In this document: positions 34,877 through 47,700 of the stretch, piece by piece | How the letters are laid out: each line of letters begins with the position of its first letter | How positions within the stretch are numbered: position 1 is the first letter of the stretch | DNA from: Klebsormidium nitens | Taxonomy: Eukaryota > Plantae > Klebsormidiophyceae | Assembly: GCA_000708835.1 (NCBI GenBank) | Contig: DF237450.1 | Span: 3,332 to 67,331 of the forward strand | Direction of reading: 5' to 3' | Length of the DNA stretch: 64,000 nt | The notes under the pieces: model-generated | Told to the model about the DNA's origin: nothing | The model's input: the letters and a program-made list of their open reading frames with translations, nothing else | Database searches by the model: none | Position numbers and translations under genes: made by a program

Positions 34877-37800
34877 CTACCTCTTCTTGCCTTTCCTTTT
34901 GGCAATCTTTTTGCTACTCCGCATCTCATTCACCTTCTTTTTCCCAACGTCGTCATCAAAGCTGAGAATCTCAGCAATTGAAAGCTCCCGACCTCTGTAC
35001 TTTTCTGGAAGCTCGACCTTACTTCGACTCGTGGACGCGCCTGCAAAGACACCAACTTTTTGATACCAACTTCTTGAGACATTGCAATCGCACTGGAACA
35101 GAGGTTGATGAGCGTCGGGTTTAGAGGTGGAACGCTTGAATTGCTTCTGAATTGCTTCTGAACCCTGAAGCGGAGACATTTCCATCAACAAAGAATGAAC
35201 GACAGAATGAGCACGAGGAGTATACTACTAAAAAAAAGAAGTCGTGCCCTTGGCATAAGTGTCTTCTTTCGTCTGAAGCTCGACCCGACCTCAGGCGGAG
35301 ATTTGAGGTGCTGCTGACGTGCAAACGCAATGCAAAAAGGCATCCACCCCAATCATAGTGCGGAAGCATGATTAGGGACTACAGTCTCCAGCGTCCCCAA
35401 AGTTAAGCTGATGTGAAGCCCAAGGTTATTACTAACCAGCGGTAGTAGGACGAGCCATGCAACGACGTCAAAACAAACTGTCCGCCATCACAGCGCACAG
35501 CAAAAGCGAGGCAGTAATGTGCACGAGCCGCACGCTTTGAATGACTCCGCTTAGACGTATTGCAGGTTCGGCCAACGGCAAAAGTAGGAAAGGTAGATTA
35601 CTGAGACAATACTTCTCCAGAGATTTGCTTCGCAAAAGATGGTTACAATCATCACCCACCGGGTTGCAACCCGTTCAAAGCGTTCCAGAATCTTTTGGCA
35701 GATCATCCACTCACAAGCAGAATGACTCTTCTAACAGCGCGCTCCCCAACAAAGAGACGCATGCACAAACGACATTACCCGAGTCATCGTCGTCCTTCCT
35801 CACGCCAAACGCCCAGATATTCCGACCCCTCCACACGCAAGCAGACAGTTCTCGACTAACAGAAAGAAAGACACCATAAGCGTACCCCCTCATGCAAAAG
35901 CCAAAGGGGATTCCGTACTCTACTTCGTATGGAATTCGTACGAAACCCATACACAACCTTCAGTCCCACTCACCCCAGTCATCGTCGTCTTTCCCCACGC
36001 CAAACGCCCCGGTGTCTTCATCGTCCCAGTTCTCCTCTGGACTCGTCTCCCAATCGTCGGTTTCGTCCCAGTCATCCCCTTCCGCAGTTTCCGCATCCTC
36101 CCCTTCTTCCGCGCCCCCGTCCACCGATCGCACCGCAAACTCTTCTTCGTCGTCGTAATCGTCGGGGATCTCGTAGTTGGGCGTTTTGAGGCCCTTCTCG
36201 AGCGCCTCGCGCTCTTTTCTCAGGCTGTCCAGAATGGCTAGAACCTGGGAAGAAGAGAATGAACCAGCTGTGATTTGGGGTAATAAAATTTTGATGATGC
36301 ATTACAGTACGCAAGTCAGGATTGGATCCACTTCGTGTCTTGTACTCTGCCAAGCGCCTCAAAATTCTACCGATTGCCGCTGAATTCCGCTCCGTCCAGA
36401 ACGGTTGGTCTCTGCTAAGAGCACAGTACTCATTAAGGGGACACGATGTGAGATGCAAGATGCGGGCTCAAAGGAAACGGCTCTTAGAACCGGATCCAAG
36501 CATAGCAGTAGTGCGGTCCCAGACAACACAGCATTTGAGTGGTCACCTAGACAACACAACACGACTGGGTCGGAGAGCTATTGTACATTTCCTTCCAAAT
36601 ACCTAAAACAACTCCAGCTTCTCAATTCATGAAGGATGTGAAGGACAACACCCGCTGTGAAGGGCCAGATGGAGCGAAGGAAGCCTCCGGCATCTTTACA
36701 GGCAAAACAATCACCAGAAGTTTACCCCCACCACTAGCGCCCCAATAAACCGTCCACAAAACGGCTGCGATGGGCCACCGGCTTCTTGGGGCCAGACTCT
36801 AGGAACTAGATACGAGTCTCAAACGCCCACCTCTGTGCCCCGCTCGAGCGCCTCGTCTGAGATGAACCGGATGTCTGGCGTAAGGCGCAGCGACATCCGT
36901 TTTGCGATCCCTGAGCGCACGTACCGCTGCTTTTCTACCAGGCCCTTCAACGCGCGGTCAATTCCGTCCTTGTCCCCATAGACAGAAACGTATACCTTGG
37001 CTACCTGCAGATTATGTAACGAAATTGTGTGGATACCGAGAACAAATACTGAAAGTGTGGAGTACTGAAAAGCTTTCGGAACTCCAACCAGGGTAGTTCG
37101 ATTGACGTTCTTTCGATTGACAACAAGCAAGAACAAATGGGGTAAGTGCTTTGGCGCCTTATAAAAATTCCAGGACGCTGATAGTGCTTCCAAGGTGTTG
37201 GAGAGACGGATGAGTCTGTCCACAGAATGCTGAGCACCGGAAAGAGGGAGTGAAAAGGGGATACAAAAATAAATCATCAATTTCCAGCCTGCCTCCCCAG
37301 GCCAGCGCCTGAACGACTTTCCGGTGTCACACAGAAAAAGCCCCTCTGAAGACACCTCCAATTGATTGACAAAAGCGGCTACGAGACCCAATTACTAGAC
37401 TTCTCCACCTGGAGTCCCCACACCAAAATAAAAGTTCAATACGCGCTTTGTCCGGCATCATGACACCGCCAGGTTGGGGTGCTGGAACAGAGGACTGCAA
37501 AAGGCCCTCGATGGTAACGGTGCCATCGAGCAACTGATACAATCAATGAGCTGACTTATCTTTTGGAAGAAGAAGACAACTACACCACCCTCGTAGCGGA
37601 CTATGCAGTGCAATTGCTCCAGCCAGACTCCACTTTGGTCGCTACACAATTGGTTTGAATAACTTCACCACCTTCCATCAGCGACAGCTCTCCTGGTCGT
37701 CTACCTACTGGCAGGTTACTCAAGTGAAATTCTTCAAGTGCTTTATGAATTTGTCCAAATCCTTCAAAAGCACTGTCAGCCACAAAGATTGTAACATAGG

Positions 37801-38255
37801 ATACACACCTGAAGGTCGTTAGACAACATAACATCAGTGACCGACGCCACTGACGACACCGAGAGGTCCACCCCGAGCGCTCTCTCCGGCATCATCGCCT
37901 CCTGTAGAATGGAGTCTTTGAGCAGCATGTCAGATATCTCCCGCTTGAGCTGTTGCGCCACCATCTTAACCCGCCTCGGGTTTGCCATGCACACCACCCC
38001 TGTTCTTCCACTCCTCACCAGGGGGGGTTTACCACTAACCATCGGGGTTTCTTCTAGGCCGCTCAGGGAGCATCCCAGCCCATGGCTAAACCCTGTGAGA
38101 GCGGCTGCGGTGCGACAACTATGAGGTCGTCGGGGGTGTGTCCTTGTTATGGGGTAGGACTGGCGGGTTGCTATGGAAGTGTCGGAGCAAGAGGCTGCAG
38201 TTGATATTGTGCTGAACCAAGGAGGTATACGAACGCGGGCCGTCGCAACGTCCAT
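34877..38255 (-). CDS. rbfA: Plastid ribosome-binding factor A (RbfA/RBF1) with a long C-terminal extension, 4 exons, 351 aa
   Basis: Exons 38255-37809, 37004-36831, 36244-35974, 35040-34877, phase-compatible. Transit-peptide-like N-terminus, then MANPRRVKMVAQQLKREIS, VTDVMLSNDLQVAKVYVSV, and MSLRLTPDIRFISDEALERG. The last exon is less certain. Confidence 0.9.
35775..36010. repeat. Echo of RbfA exon 3 end plus donor
   Basis: gagtcatcgtcgtccttcctcacgccaaacgccc (~35781) versus cagtcatcgtcgtctttccccacgccaaacgccc (~35976). Confidence 0.8.
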
Positions 38256-38439
38256 CTTTGCGGGTATAATCCCTCACGCTGTGGCTGGTGCAGGATCCAA
38301 TTCCCGCAGCAAAACCAGACACCAAGTCCAAAAGCAATGCTGTGCGCTCCTGTGCTCCTGTGCTCCTGTGCCCCTTTGCCCAGCGCCTTCCGGGCCTCCC
38401 TAGTACCACTTCTGAAGTGCAACACTCTTCCCTAGCTGA

Positions 38440-38449
38440 TTTTAGGGTT
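38440..38449 (-). promoter_or_regulatory. Telo-box-like element (AAACCCTAAA) in the 474-bp divergent RbfA/VPE spacer
   Basis: tttagggttt at 38440-38449. Telo-boxes are known in promoters of plant translation-machinery genes. A single short match could be chance. Confidence 0.3.
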
Positions 38450-38728
38450 TGTGAGCTTGCTGCGCTCACATGAGTCATGGCTGTCATGCTGTAAGCTGCG
38501 CACGTATTCGTCCACCTCTGTACCAGTGTCAGTGCCAATCGTGCAAACGCCTACCTTGGAACTTGACACTGCGTAGAAAGAAGGGAAGAGGTGCCCCTGT
38601 ACCTGGTCCTTGGTTCAACTCGAAGTTGCTTTTGCAATTCTCCTCTCGTCCATTCTTTGGTCCCATTCCCCGTCTCTCCTGTAGGCTGTACCTTTTACTT
38701 CAAAGGTTTCCTTCCCTCCTAGCTCGCC

Positions 38729-41700
38729 ATGGCTTCTATATCCAGCATTCTGTGCCTCCTGCTACTGCTTGGGACAGTGGCCTGCTCCACCGCGGTGCGG
38801 CTCCCTGACTTTCTGAAGCTGCCGAGCCAGGTCAAGCCAGAGGAGGTCCAGGAGGAGGGGACGCACTGGGCTCTGCTTATTGCAGGGTCCTCCGGTTATG
38901 GGAACTACCGCCATCAGGTATTGGCACGGCAATTTTGCATTTTGGGCTTTTCTTGAACTGGTTTGGAGTGCTGGCCCAGGGTTGGAGATTGGAAGACCGC
39001 ATGCTGGAAAGCAGCAACTTCTTTAGCGGGTTTCCTGTTATTACTGCAAAGGCTGATGCAATTGGCAAGCAATTGCAAGGTTAAACCCCGTACGTCGGAG
39101 TTTTTGAAAGTTTGAAGAATTCTGGTGTTCCTGTGGCCAGGTTGTAGCACTTGAGTTAGCAAGTCAATGGCAGGGCAAAATTGGATACTTGGCCACCGGT
39201 TTCTTTCGTACGGTTGAAATTAGAGCGCATCTTCGATTTGTGGCGGTCTCAAGCCGTGTTGAACAGCATTACGTGCCTGCCTTTGCCTGGGGCTTCGTGC
39301 ATGGCCTTTGGCTGGTCATCCCAACAATCACAGAATGCAAGGTTTGAAAGCTTCAAACTCATACGCTTTGGCATTTCTCTATACTCTGTCCTTTGACAAA
39401 CTTGCTTGAGCTTGTTGATGTTTTTTAACCTCAAGCTAGCCTTTGGAGGTCTTAATCCTAGCGGATGCCACTGCGATCACACTAGCTGCATGACAGCGCA
39501 ATATCATGGGCATTGGCATTGTTAATGCCAATTGTCTCATCAGGCACAATCTAGTCATTTTCAAGGCATTATTTCCATAGCCCCTAGCAGCCCTGGAAAA
39601 TGCAACTCTTGAATTTCACTCTCCCAGATTTCTCCAGTCAATCTCAGAATTTTCACACAACTTTTGCAGGCGGATGTGTGCCATGCCTATCAGGTGCTCA
39701 AGAGGGGCGGCCTGAAGGACGAGAACATCGTTGTCTTCATGTTCGATGACATTGCACACAACCCGGAGAACCCGCGTCCGGGGCAGATTATCAACAGGCC
39801 CGACGGTCCAGATGTGTACGAAGGGGTGCCCAAGGTGAGCTCGTTCAACTTGAGCATGCAACTGAAAGGAGAAAGTACCAAATGATGGGCAGGATATGAT
39901 GCTAAGCAAGCTTGCTTGTGACTCGAAGTGTGCTTGAACCGCAGAGACAAGTAGGATATGACAGGCGTTCGGTTGAACTGACTGTGCAACTGGCGGCGGT
40001 AGGTTCCAACATTTTGTGAGTCTCTTGGGAAAGATAGTGGCATTCATCAGAAGAAGGTTGCTGGATGTCGAAGGAAACTTCAGAGAAAAGCCTGTCTGCT
40101 GCCAGAAAATGGCAACTGGTGGACCCAGACGTGGGCCCCTTTTGAAAGGCTTGCAAAAAGGGCTCTCTTCCTGTATGGTGCACAGCCGTGCATGGCAGGA
40201 TCTTATCCAGTGAAAACTCTTCTCATAACCCATGTGGAATCCCAACAATTTGTGCGGAATGTTCGTTGGATTAGCAAGACAAGCAAGGCATCACGAGACA
40301 GATCATGAAGCGGTGGTCACTTCTTCTGCACTTCTGCACCATCGCAAACTTACAAAACTCCTAAACCCACGCTGTCCTTTCTAACCTGTTTAAGGCAAGG
40401 CAAGGTGACGCTGGAAGAGCTTGTACTTGATCTCCTTCTCGTCTCCATTGGGGCAGTTGGAAACCTCTCATTGCTTGCATAAGCTGAAACCTCTGTGGTG
40501 ATAATAGTTTGCCCTAATAGAGGCGTCCTTTCAGCTTAAGCAGTAAAAATTTTTCTGCAACGCACGGATCAAGACCTGTTGAGTGCGGCAAGAAAGGTCC
40601 AACTAGTGACTACTTTGCTTTGTGCATCTCATTGGCTCCAAGTCTCCTCTCAGAGTCGTCCAAGCCTTTGGGACCAACCATTGTGCTCCCCGGTCAAAGT
40701 CGCTGAAAAAGTCTTTTCTCGAATTGGATACCATGCTTTCCATCTCAGTAGAATTGACTTTGTATCCCACCCCCATGAGGAAGATGGAAGTAATCTTCAA
40801 AAGAGTTTTCACATTTCGCTTACTGGACTACTGGACTTTTTCTGCAGGACTACACTGGGTACGCCGTGAATGCGCACAATTTCCTGGCTGTGCTTGCGGG
40901 GAACAAGACGGCGGTGAATGGCGGCAGCGGCAAAGTGATCGACAGCGGGCCCAATGACCGGGTGTTCGTCTATTACTCCGATCATGGAGGTCCAGGAGTT
41001 CTTGGTGAGTTTTTCAAGGATGAAACTCAACTCCTGGAAGTAGCAGTTGACCACGTTTAGTAGAAGGACCTTCCAAGGACTTCTAGGCCATTTTTTTGGG
41101 TGCAGATTGTGGGGGTTGGGGGGGTTCTTCCGAGGGATAAAAGCTGCGGCTGAAAGTTCCGGGCAAATCTCAAGGCAAATCTTTGGAAATACTTTCAAAG
41201 TTGCACCAAACGCTCGCGTTTCCTGCAACGGAGTGTGCCTCTTCGCCCACGTGCGAAAAGCGCTCTCTGCAGGTACCTAAAACTCTCTTGCCTTTGCTTC
41301 GACAACTGATTCTCGGAGTTTCAAGTAAATCGTCATAAACTTGGATCATAACCTGCTTGGCCCAGGCATGCCAACCCTCCCCTTTCTGTATGCCAACGAT
41401 AGTTCATCACGCTCTTTAAGGCCTCCCCGCTTGCTAATGTCCTCTGAAAAGTGTGCCAATCTATCGTTTCCCGGTGGTTCTCTTCAGCTTTCGTTCCACC
41501 CTCTTGTATCTGTACGCCAACGATAGCGGTTGTAAGGCATCACCGGCTGCTAACCATCTCTGACAGAGTCTGCCAAATATGTGTGTGTTTCTGCCACTGA
41601 TCGAGGCTTATGTTTCTTTTCGCCCCAGGCATGCCCACCCTCCCCTTGAACGCCAACGACCTAGTCGCCACGCTCAAGGGCCGCCGTCGCCGCCAGTCGC

Positions 41701-44700
41701 GTACACTTGCCTCCTGAAAGCGACTGTTTTATTACCCTGTCAAGTCTTTTATGTTCCTAAAATCGACACTCTTTCATTGTCACAGGCATGCCGACCCTCC
41801 CCTTCCTGTACGCCAACGACCTGGTCGCCACGCTCAAGGCCGCCGCCGCCGCAGACCGCTTCAAAGAGATGGTCGTCTACATCGAGGCATGCGAGAGCGG
41901 GAGCGTCTTCGAGGGGCTCCTCCCGGCCAATATCAAGGTGGGTAATCCATCCAGGACTAGGGCGATCGCCACTGCCTCTCGAAATAAAAAACAATCGTTT
42001 ATTGTTTTTTTTTTTAAACCTCAGAAAACTATTCGTAGAGCAAAGCCGTGGGCGGGTCGGTAGCCACTGCCGACATTTGTTGCATTGCCTGTCGCAGCAG
42101 ATCCTAGCATTCGCAGCAGAGTTTCTGGAGGATTTTCATTCTCCGATTTCTGTATCTTCGTATGACTCAATTGGTCCCAAAAAGGGTGACCTATAGAAAT
42201 CAGCTCAATTGGCCCGCAGCGGATCCGTGTGGCTCAGTTGATTGCGTACTAGCATATGGTCCAGGACTTGACAGATGGCTGGAGTTCTCGTGGTTTTGGT
42301 TCTTTGCCACCTGTTCTCTTATTGGCTGTCCAACATCTTGTAAATGGTTTTTATGTAGATTTACGGAACCACCGCCGCTAATGCGTGGGAGAGCAGCTGG
42401 GGCACCTACTGCCCGGGGATGTCTCCGGCCCCACCGGTGGAGTTCGAGACGTGCCTCGGGGACCTGTACAGCGTCGCATGGCTGGAGGACAGCGAGGTGC
42501 ACAACCTGAACAAGGAGACGCTCGAGGACCAGTACAAGATGGTGAGATTTGACGGGTTTGTGTGGTTTGGTGAGGTCTGAGGGTCGGTTTTTGAGACTGC
42601 GTTGTATGTCAAGCTCTGTATGCTGTGGCTTGGCTAGGGAACAGCGAGGCTGCACAACCTGAACAAGGTGACGCTCGAGGACCAGTACAAGATGGTGAGA
42701 TCTCTGGCTCAGATCTCGAGTTTTGGCGTTCTGGGTTTGGGGTCGGTGGGGACGTTTGCCCAATACTGTGCATGCAATTATTTAGAAATAGTCTTTGGTG
42801 GCTGGAGGACAGCGAGGTGCATACCTTCAGCGAGGAGACGCTTGAGGATTATTACAAAATGGTGATTTTCCTGGGCTTTACGGACTGTTGGATATCGAAG
42901 ATTGGTATCTTTGTGTTTCGTGTGTGGTTGTGAGGGGTCTGGAGGTTGTCCGAAAGGGTGCATATTATCGTACGAGATGATGTTTGCTGTGTCTGGCTGG
43001 TGATAGAGAGGGTGCACAACCTGAACAAGGATGGTCAAAGAACAGTAGAAGCTGGTGAAAAGCGACGAGATCCTTATGTTCTGGTGAGGTCCAAGGTTGG
43101 GTCGTTGTGTATCCTGCTTTGAATCTAGCCGGGAGAAGCTTGAGATTTTGCCCAGAATGGTCATAACGAACATACGGCTTCTGTCGACTCTGCTATGGCA
43201 ATGTTTACTTAGTGCGGAATCTGAACGAGATGCTCAAGCTCGATACGAGACGGTATGGGGGTGTCCTCTGGATTTCCGTTTGTAGACTCGAGGGGCCCCA
43301 ATTGTCTGGCCGCATTTGCGGCTGCTCAAGCCATCGAAAAATGCATCGCTGGAAAACGGCGAGTGTGCACACTTTTCGAAGAGGAGATGCGCGAGGCCCA
43401 AAACGAGTTGAATATCTTTTTGAGCTGAGAGACATCTGTCGAGCTTCCTCGTAGACTTTGGGGCTGGCTGTGGATTGTCGCATCATTTCATGTTTTCCCT
43501 TGGCAGCATCATAGGAGGAGAAACAAAGATGGCCAGGATCCCCATCTCCTTACATAGGGAGTGCCGCATGGAGAGGACACTGACGCCATCGTTTCACATT
43601 TTGCTGCATCGGTTTGATATTTGAAATGCCCACTGGTTTTGCTACATCCGTTTGGACACGTCTGCGATTGGTGCCTGCCACTCAGCTTGCTTCAGTATAC
43701 AGGATGCGATTCGTACGTGTGCATCCTTAGGTGTGGTAACGTTTTTATCTTTATCTGTCCCCTTTTGAGGTCTGCCGAGGCTTTATGCCTCAGGAAAAGC
43801 GTCTAGTTTTACACCGCTTGACGCAAGGGGTCAGTGCGATAAGACGTCCGATCATCCATTATACTTTTGTATTTGGGCGCCCTCTTTACCCCATCCTGAC
43901 CAACAGACCGAGTCTGACGTATGTTATGCATCTCGTGTTTCTCATCCCTTCCTTTCAACCTAAGCACAGGTATGGGTCAAAGAGTTGCATTCACTTTGAG
44001 CCTCTAGTTTTGTACGCACCTAATGCGTTTGTCGAAACATACAGACGTGTCTTTTTAACAACTTGCATTGTCCTCACTCAACCTTCGGCAAATCACTTGT
44101 ATCGTTCTTGCCACGGGCCTCTTTATGCCCTGCATCTGGAGCTTCGTGCTAGGTTCCCTACGTCTAGGTGTGCATTTAAATATTGTGGCCTATTGCCTTG
44201 CCAAATGCTATCTCGTTTATGATTTTTCTCAACTTCTGTGAAGAGACACACTGGTCGGAGGCCCAGGCACAGACAGCTTAGTAGTCACTGTTCTAGTATT
44301 TCTGCTTTGGCGTTGTTTCAATCCTGGCTGATGGAGGTGTGGGTTTACACAGTCTCAATAGGAGGTCGGACATAAGTGCTTCTTATGACGGCTGCCATGG
44401 TTCATGCCCCGTCATATCTGCACAATAAACAGGACTGTTCAAGCCATATCGTCTTCCATCTGTCGACCCTCGGGCTGTGACAGAGACGTCGTGGGACTCT
44501 TTAGCTCCATATGTCGAAAGGTGCACCGATGCCCATCTGCCTTCTGGTTTTTATGGGGAGATCAAATAAAGCAGCAGCAGCAGCAGCTCAAAGCTGACCG
44601 TTTTCATCATCAGCGGATTTGTTTGCTCGGCTCGTCGCTTCTTGTGCTGGTTTCTTGTGGGTTCTTCTTGGACCCAGACTTATTTGGTCGTGATCAATTC

Positions 44701-47700
44701 GACCCTCGGAATGGCACTTGGGATTCTCACTAGGAGTGGTTGCCTTGGGTGACGCTATCTAACATGCGCGCTGCAGTCTTCTTCAGAGGTTTTTGTGTAT
44801 ATTCAGTGAAGCGATGCCTTTGGTCGTTGCAAACGCATTGACAAGTCTCAGATTATCATCTGGTCAATAAAGTCCATTGGACGGGCTTCGGATGTCAGTG
44901 GCATTACACTAGTTTCTCCAGAGTGGCTGGGGTGGCTTGGTGCGGGTGGCGAACACTCATGTCCAAGCCTCTTCGTTGCACATGATCGAGAGTAAGAGCC
45001 TGGCGTTTCGCCATGCCTCCTGCCTTGTTTCCTGATGATGCCAAGAGACATGCTAGCGAAGGTTGTTGTCCTTCTATCGCGTCAAGCGGGAAACAGGCGT
45101 TCAGAAGGTATTAACCGGCAGACCAAGAAGGGGAATCAATAAGGTTTGGGGTAAAGGATCCTCCCAATCTGTCGAGAGATCGTACACCGTTGAGTTTGAG
45201 GAGTCGTCTTTCTAAATAGAAGTCAGAGTAGATACATTTGAATTATCCTGCTCGCCTTGCACGGGGGTCACTTGGTTTGAAAGACTGATTTCTGTGCCTT
45301 TCAAGTCTCCGTTAAGAGAGCCGGCGAAAGATAAGCTCACTTGGAGAACCTTCTGTCTCAAGATGGAGTGGCGCCTTTGGTGTTTAAACCTCTCTTGCGT
45401 TTGGGCACTACACACAATCGACCTCTGAAGTGCGGCTGATGGCGATGCAAAGCCTCCAAGAGAGGCTCACGTGTAGCGCCAGTCGAAGGACCAGTCGAGC
45501 GTGGTACTTACAACTACCAAGTTCCGCTCGAGCACTGTCGCACCCGGATTTGGTCCTCTTTCGCCGTTTTACCTGTCACAAAAGAAAATCTACAATGTAC
45601 TAGTCCTGGCCGATTTGGGTTCAGGTAAATTATCCAACCCCATTCGCATCAAGCTTTGGCAATCTTGTGACCCCTGGTCGGCTGATGCTCCTTCTCGACT
45701 CAGGATCTTTACATGCCTCTGTAAGAAGGCTGTGTTCCTTGTCGCATGCATTCGAGAGGGCCGCCAATCGCTTTTATTCGAAAGGGTATCGTCTGAGCTG
45801 GGTCGCTTTCTCGGGAAGCCGGGTCGTCTGTCTGGCTCCGCGTGTTCTGATCTCTTTTCGAACGTACCATGTTCAGCTCCTTTCCCATGCCTCTGGCTGA
45901 CAGTGTCCGGCTATGAAAATTGCTCCGTGGGACTTCTCTCCACGTCCTCAAACTTCCGATGCCGTAAAAGGTTTCGCTTGATTTTGGAGGATGCTTTTGC
46001 AAGAGCCGGCTTGAGGCAACAAACGCTCTTGCCAGGTGTTTCTTTGCAATTTCGAAATTTCGCTGTGGACCTTGTGATGAGATTGCGTCTCAAGCAGCAT
46101 AGCCTGACTGCCAGGCGAGCAACACTGCCAGGTCATCTTCTCATACATCTTGTTGCAATTTCTAGCTCGCTTTACGTGGTCTGCGGCTCAAGATTCGTAT
46201 TGGGTGCCAGGCTACCAACCGAGGTGTTCTTGTCAATAGTCTCGTTCGTTGTCAAACCTCAGGTCTTCGAGATGGGCTGCTGGACTCTCCTGTAATGCAC
46301 GTGTCTGTCAGCAATTTTGACTGTAAACGGACTTCCGCAATTTACGAGCCCTACATCCGTATGGGCCTCAAAAAAGTTCAACGAGCCAGCTCTAACGGCT
46401 TCGGTTTCGCTCCTCAGTTGCATGAAAAGACGTTGGTGTCTCGCATTGAAAGGAGCTATCGGAACAATCCGCAGATTCGTAGCTCTTACAGCCGGGAAAG
46501 CTTCCAGACTGGATACCCTAGATTCCAAACCCTGAACCTGCAGGTGCGCGACAGGGCATCCAGGAACATAATCTTCCAGGCTCCAACCAGGTTTTCTCCC
46601 AACCCTACCTGCTAATGTCACATAGACCCTACTTCAAACCCCGATTGTAACTGATTGCTCTTCACCCGCAGGTGCGCGACCGGACGTCCGCGCACGGCAC
46701 CTTCCAGGCTGGCAACCGGAATGGCTATCAACCCGGGCAACCGACATCCCTGACATGCAATCTCCTTATCGAACCCTAACCTAGGATTTCAACCCAAAAC
46801 TCCAACCCCGCAGGTGCGCGACCGGACGTCCGTGTACGGATCCTTCCAGGCCGGCAACCGACACCGCTACCAATCCTGACATGCAAACCTAATATCGAAA
46901 CACCCAATTTTAAGTCTCAACCCGAAATTCCAACCCGGCAGGTGCGCGACCGGACGTCCGTGTATGGGACCTTCCAGGCTGGCAGCCACGTGATGCAGTA
47001 CGGCGAGCTGGCAATCGACGAGGAGGACGTGGCGGAGTACATCGGGAGCGACCCCGCCAACGACAAGGCCTCGCGCCTAGTTGGCGCCGCGCAGGGGAGC
47101 GTGCTGCAGCGCGACGCGGACCTGCTGCACCTCTGGCACAAGGTGGGCCGGTTTTGGAAGCTTTGAGGTTTTGAAGATTTCGGGTTTCGGGTTTTTGGAG
47201 CTTTCAGGTTCGTTTGAACCGGTTATCCAAACCCCAAATTTGTACCCCAGCTTTGAACGGAGGCGACCAGTCGCCAGGGTTTACGGGCCTGCGGAAGAAG
47301 TAGAACCTTTGACTTTGAGCGAAGAAGCTTCTTTCAATGAACCCGTCTCTACAAGGTTCTCCCTAATTTGAAATAGCCCCAAACTGTTCTGCGACTTGCG
47401 CGAACCTTGTATTGCATTTCCCACCTTCTTCCACCTCGGATTCCAACCGCCGGTTGACCCAACGATTCCAACCTCGGCCCGGAACGATTCCTTCCTGCTA
47501 AGACTCTGATGTCATGGATGGTTTCATTACACAACCGACCGTTGCCGTCAATCCGTTTCTTCTTCGTAATCTCTGTAACTTCTTTTTGCATCTTCCAGCG
47601 CAGGGAGCCGCCGCTTTCGATTCGCTACCCTTTACTTTTCCATCTCACCATCTTTGAGTTTGATTTGATAGGGATACTGTAGCTGATACTTGAAAAGAGC

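Noticed and set aside
36819-37391. 190-aa minus ORF as a separate gene
   Set aside because: It is RbfA exon 2 plus in-frame intron read-through.
45501-46295. 264-aa ORF as a transposase or reverse transcriptase
   Set aside because: No DDE, YxDD, gag zinc-knuckle or endonuclease motif is visible, and the composition is atypical. It is kept only as part of the unexplained intron core.
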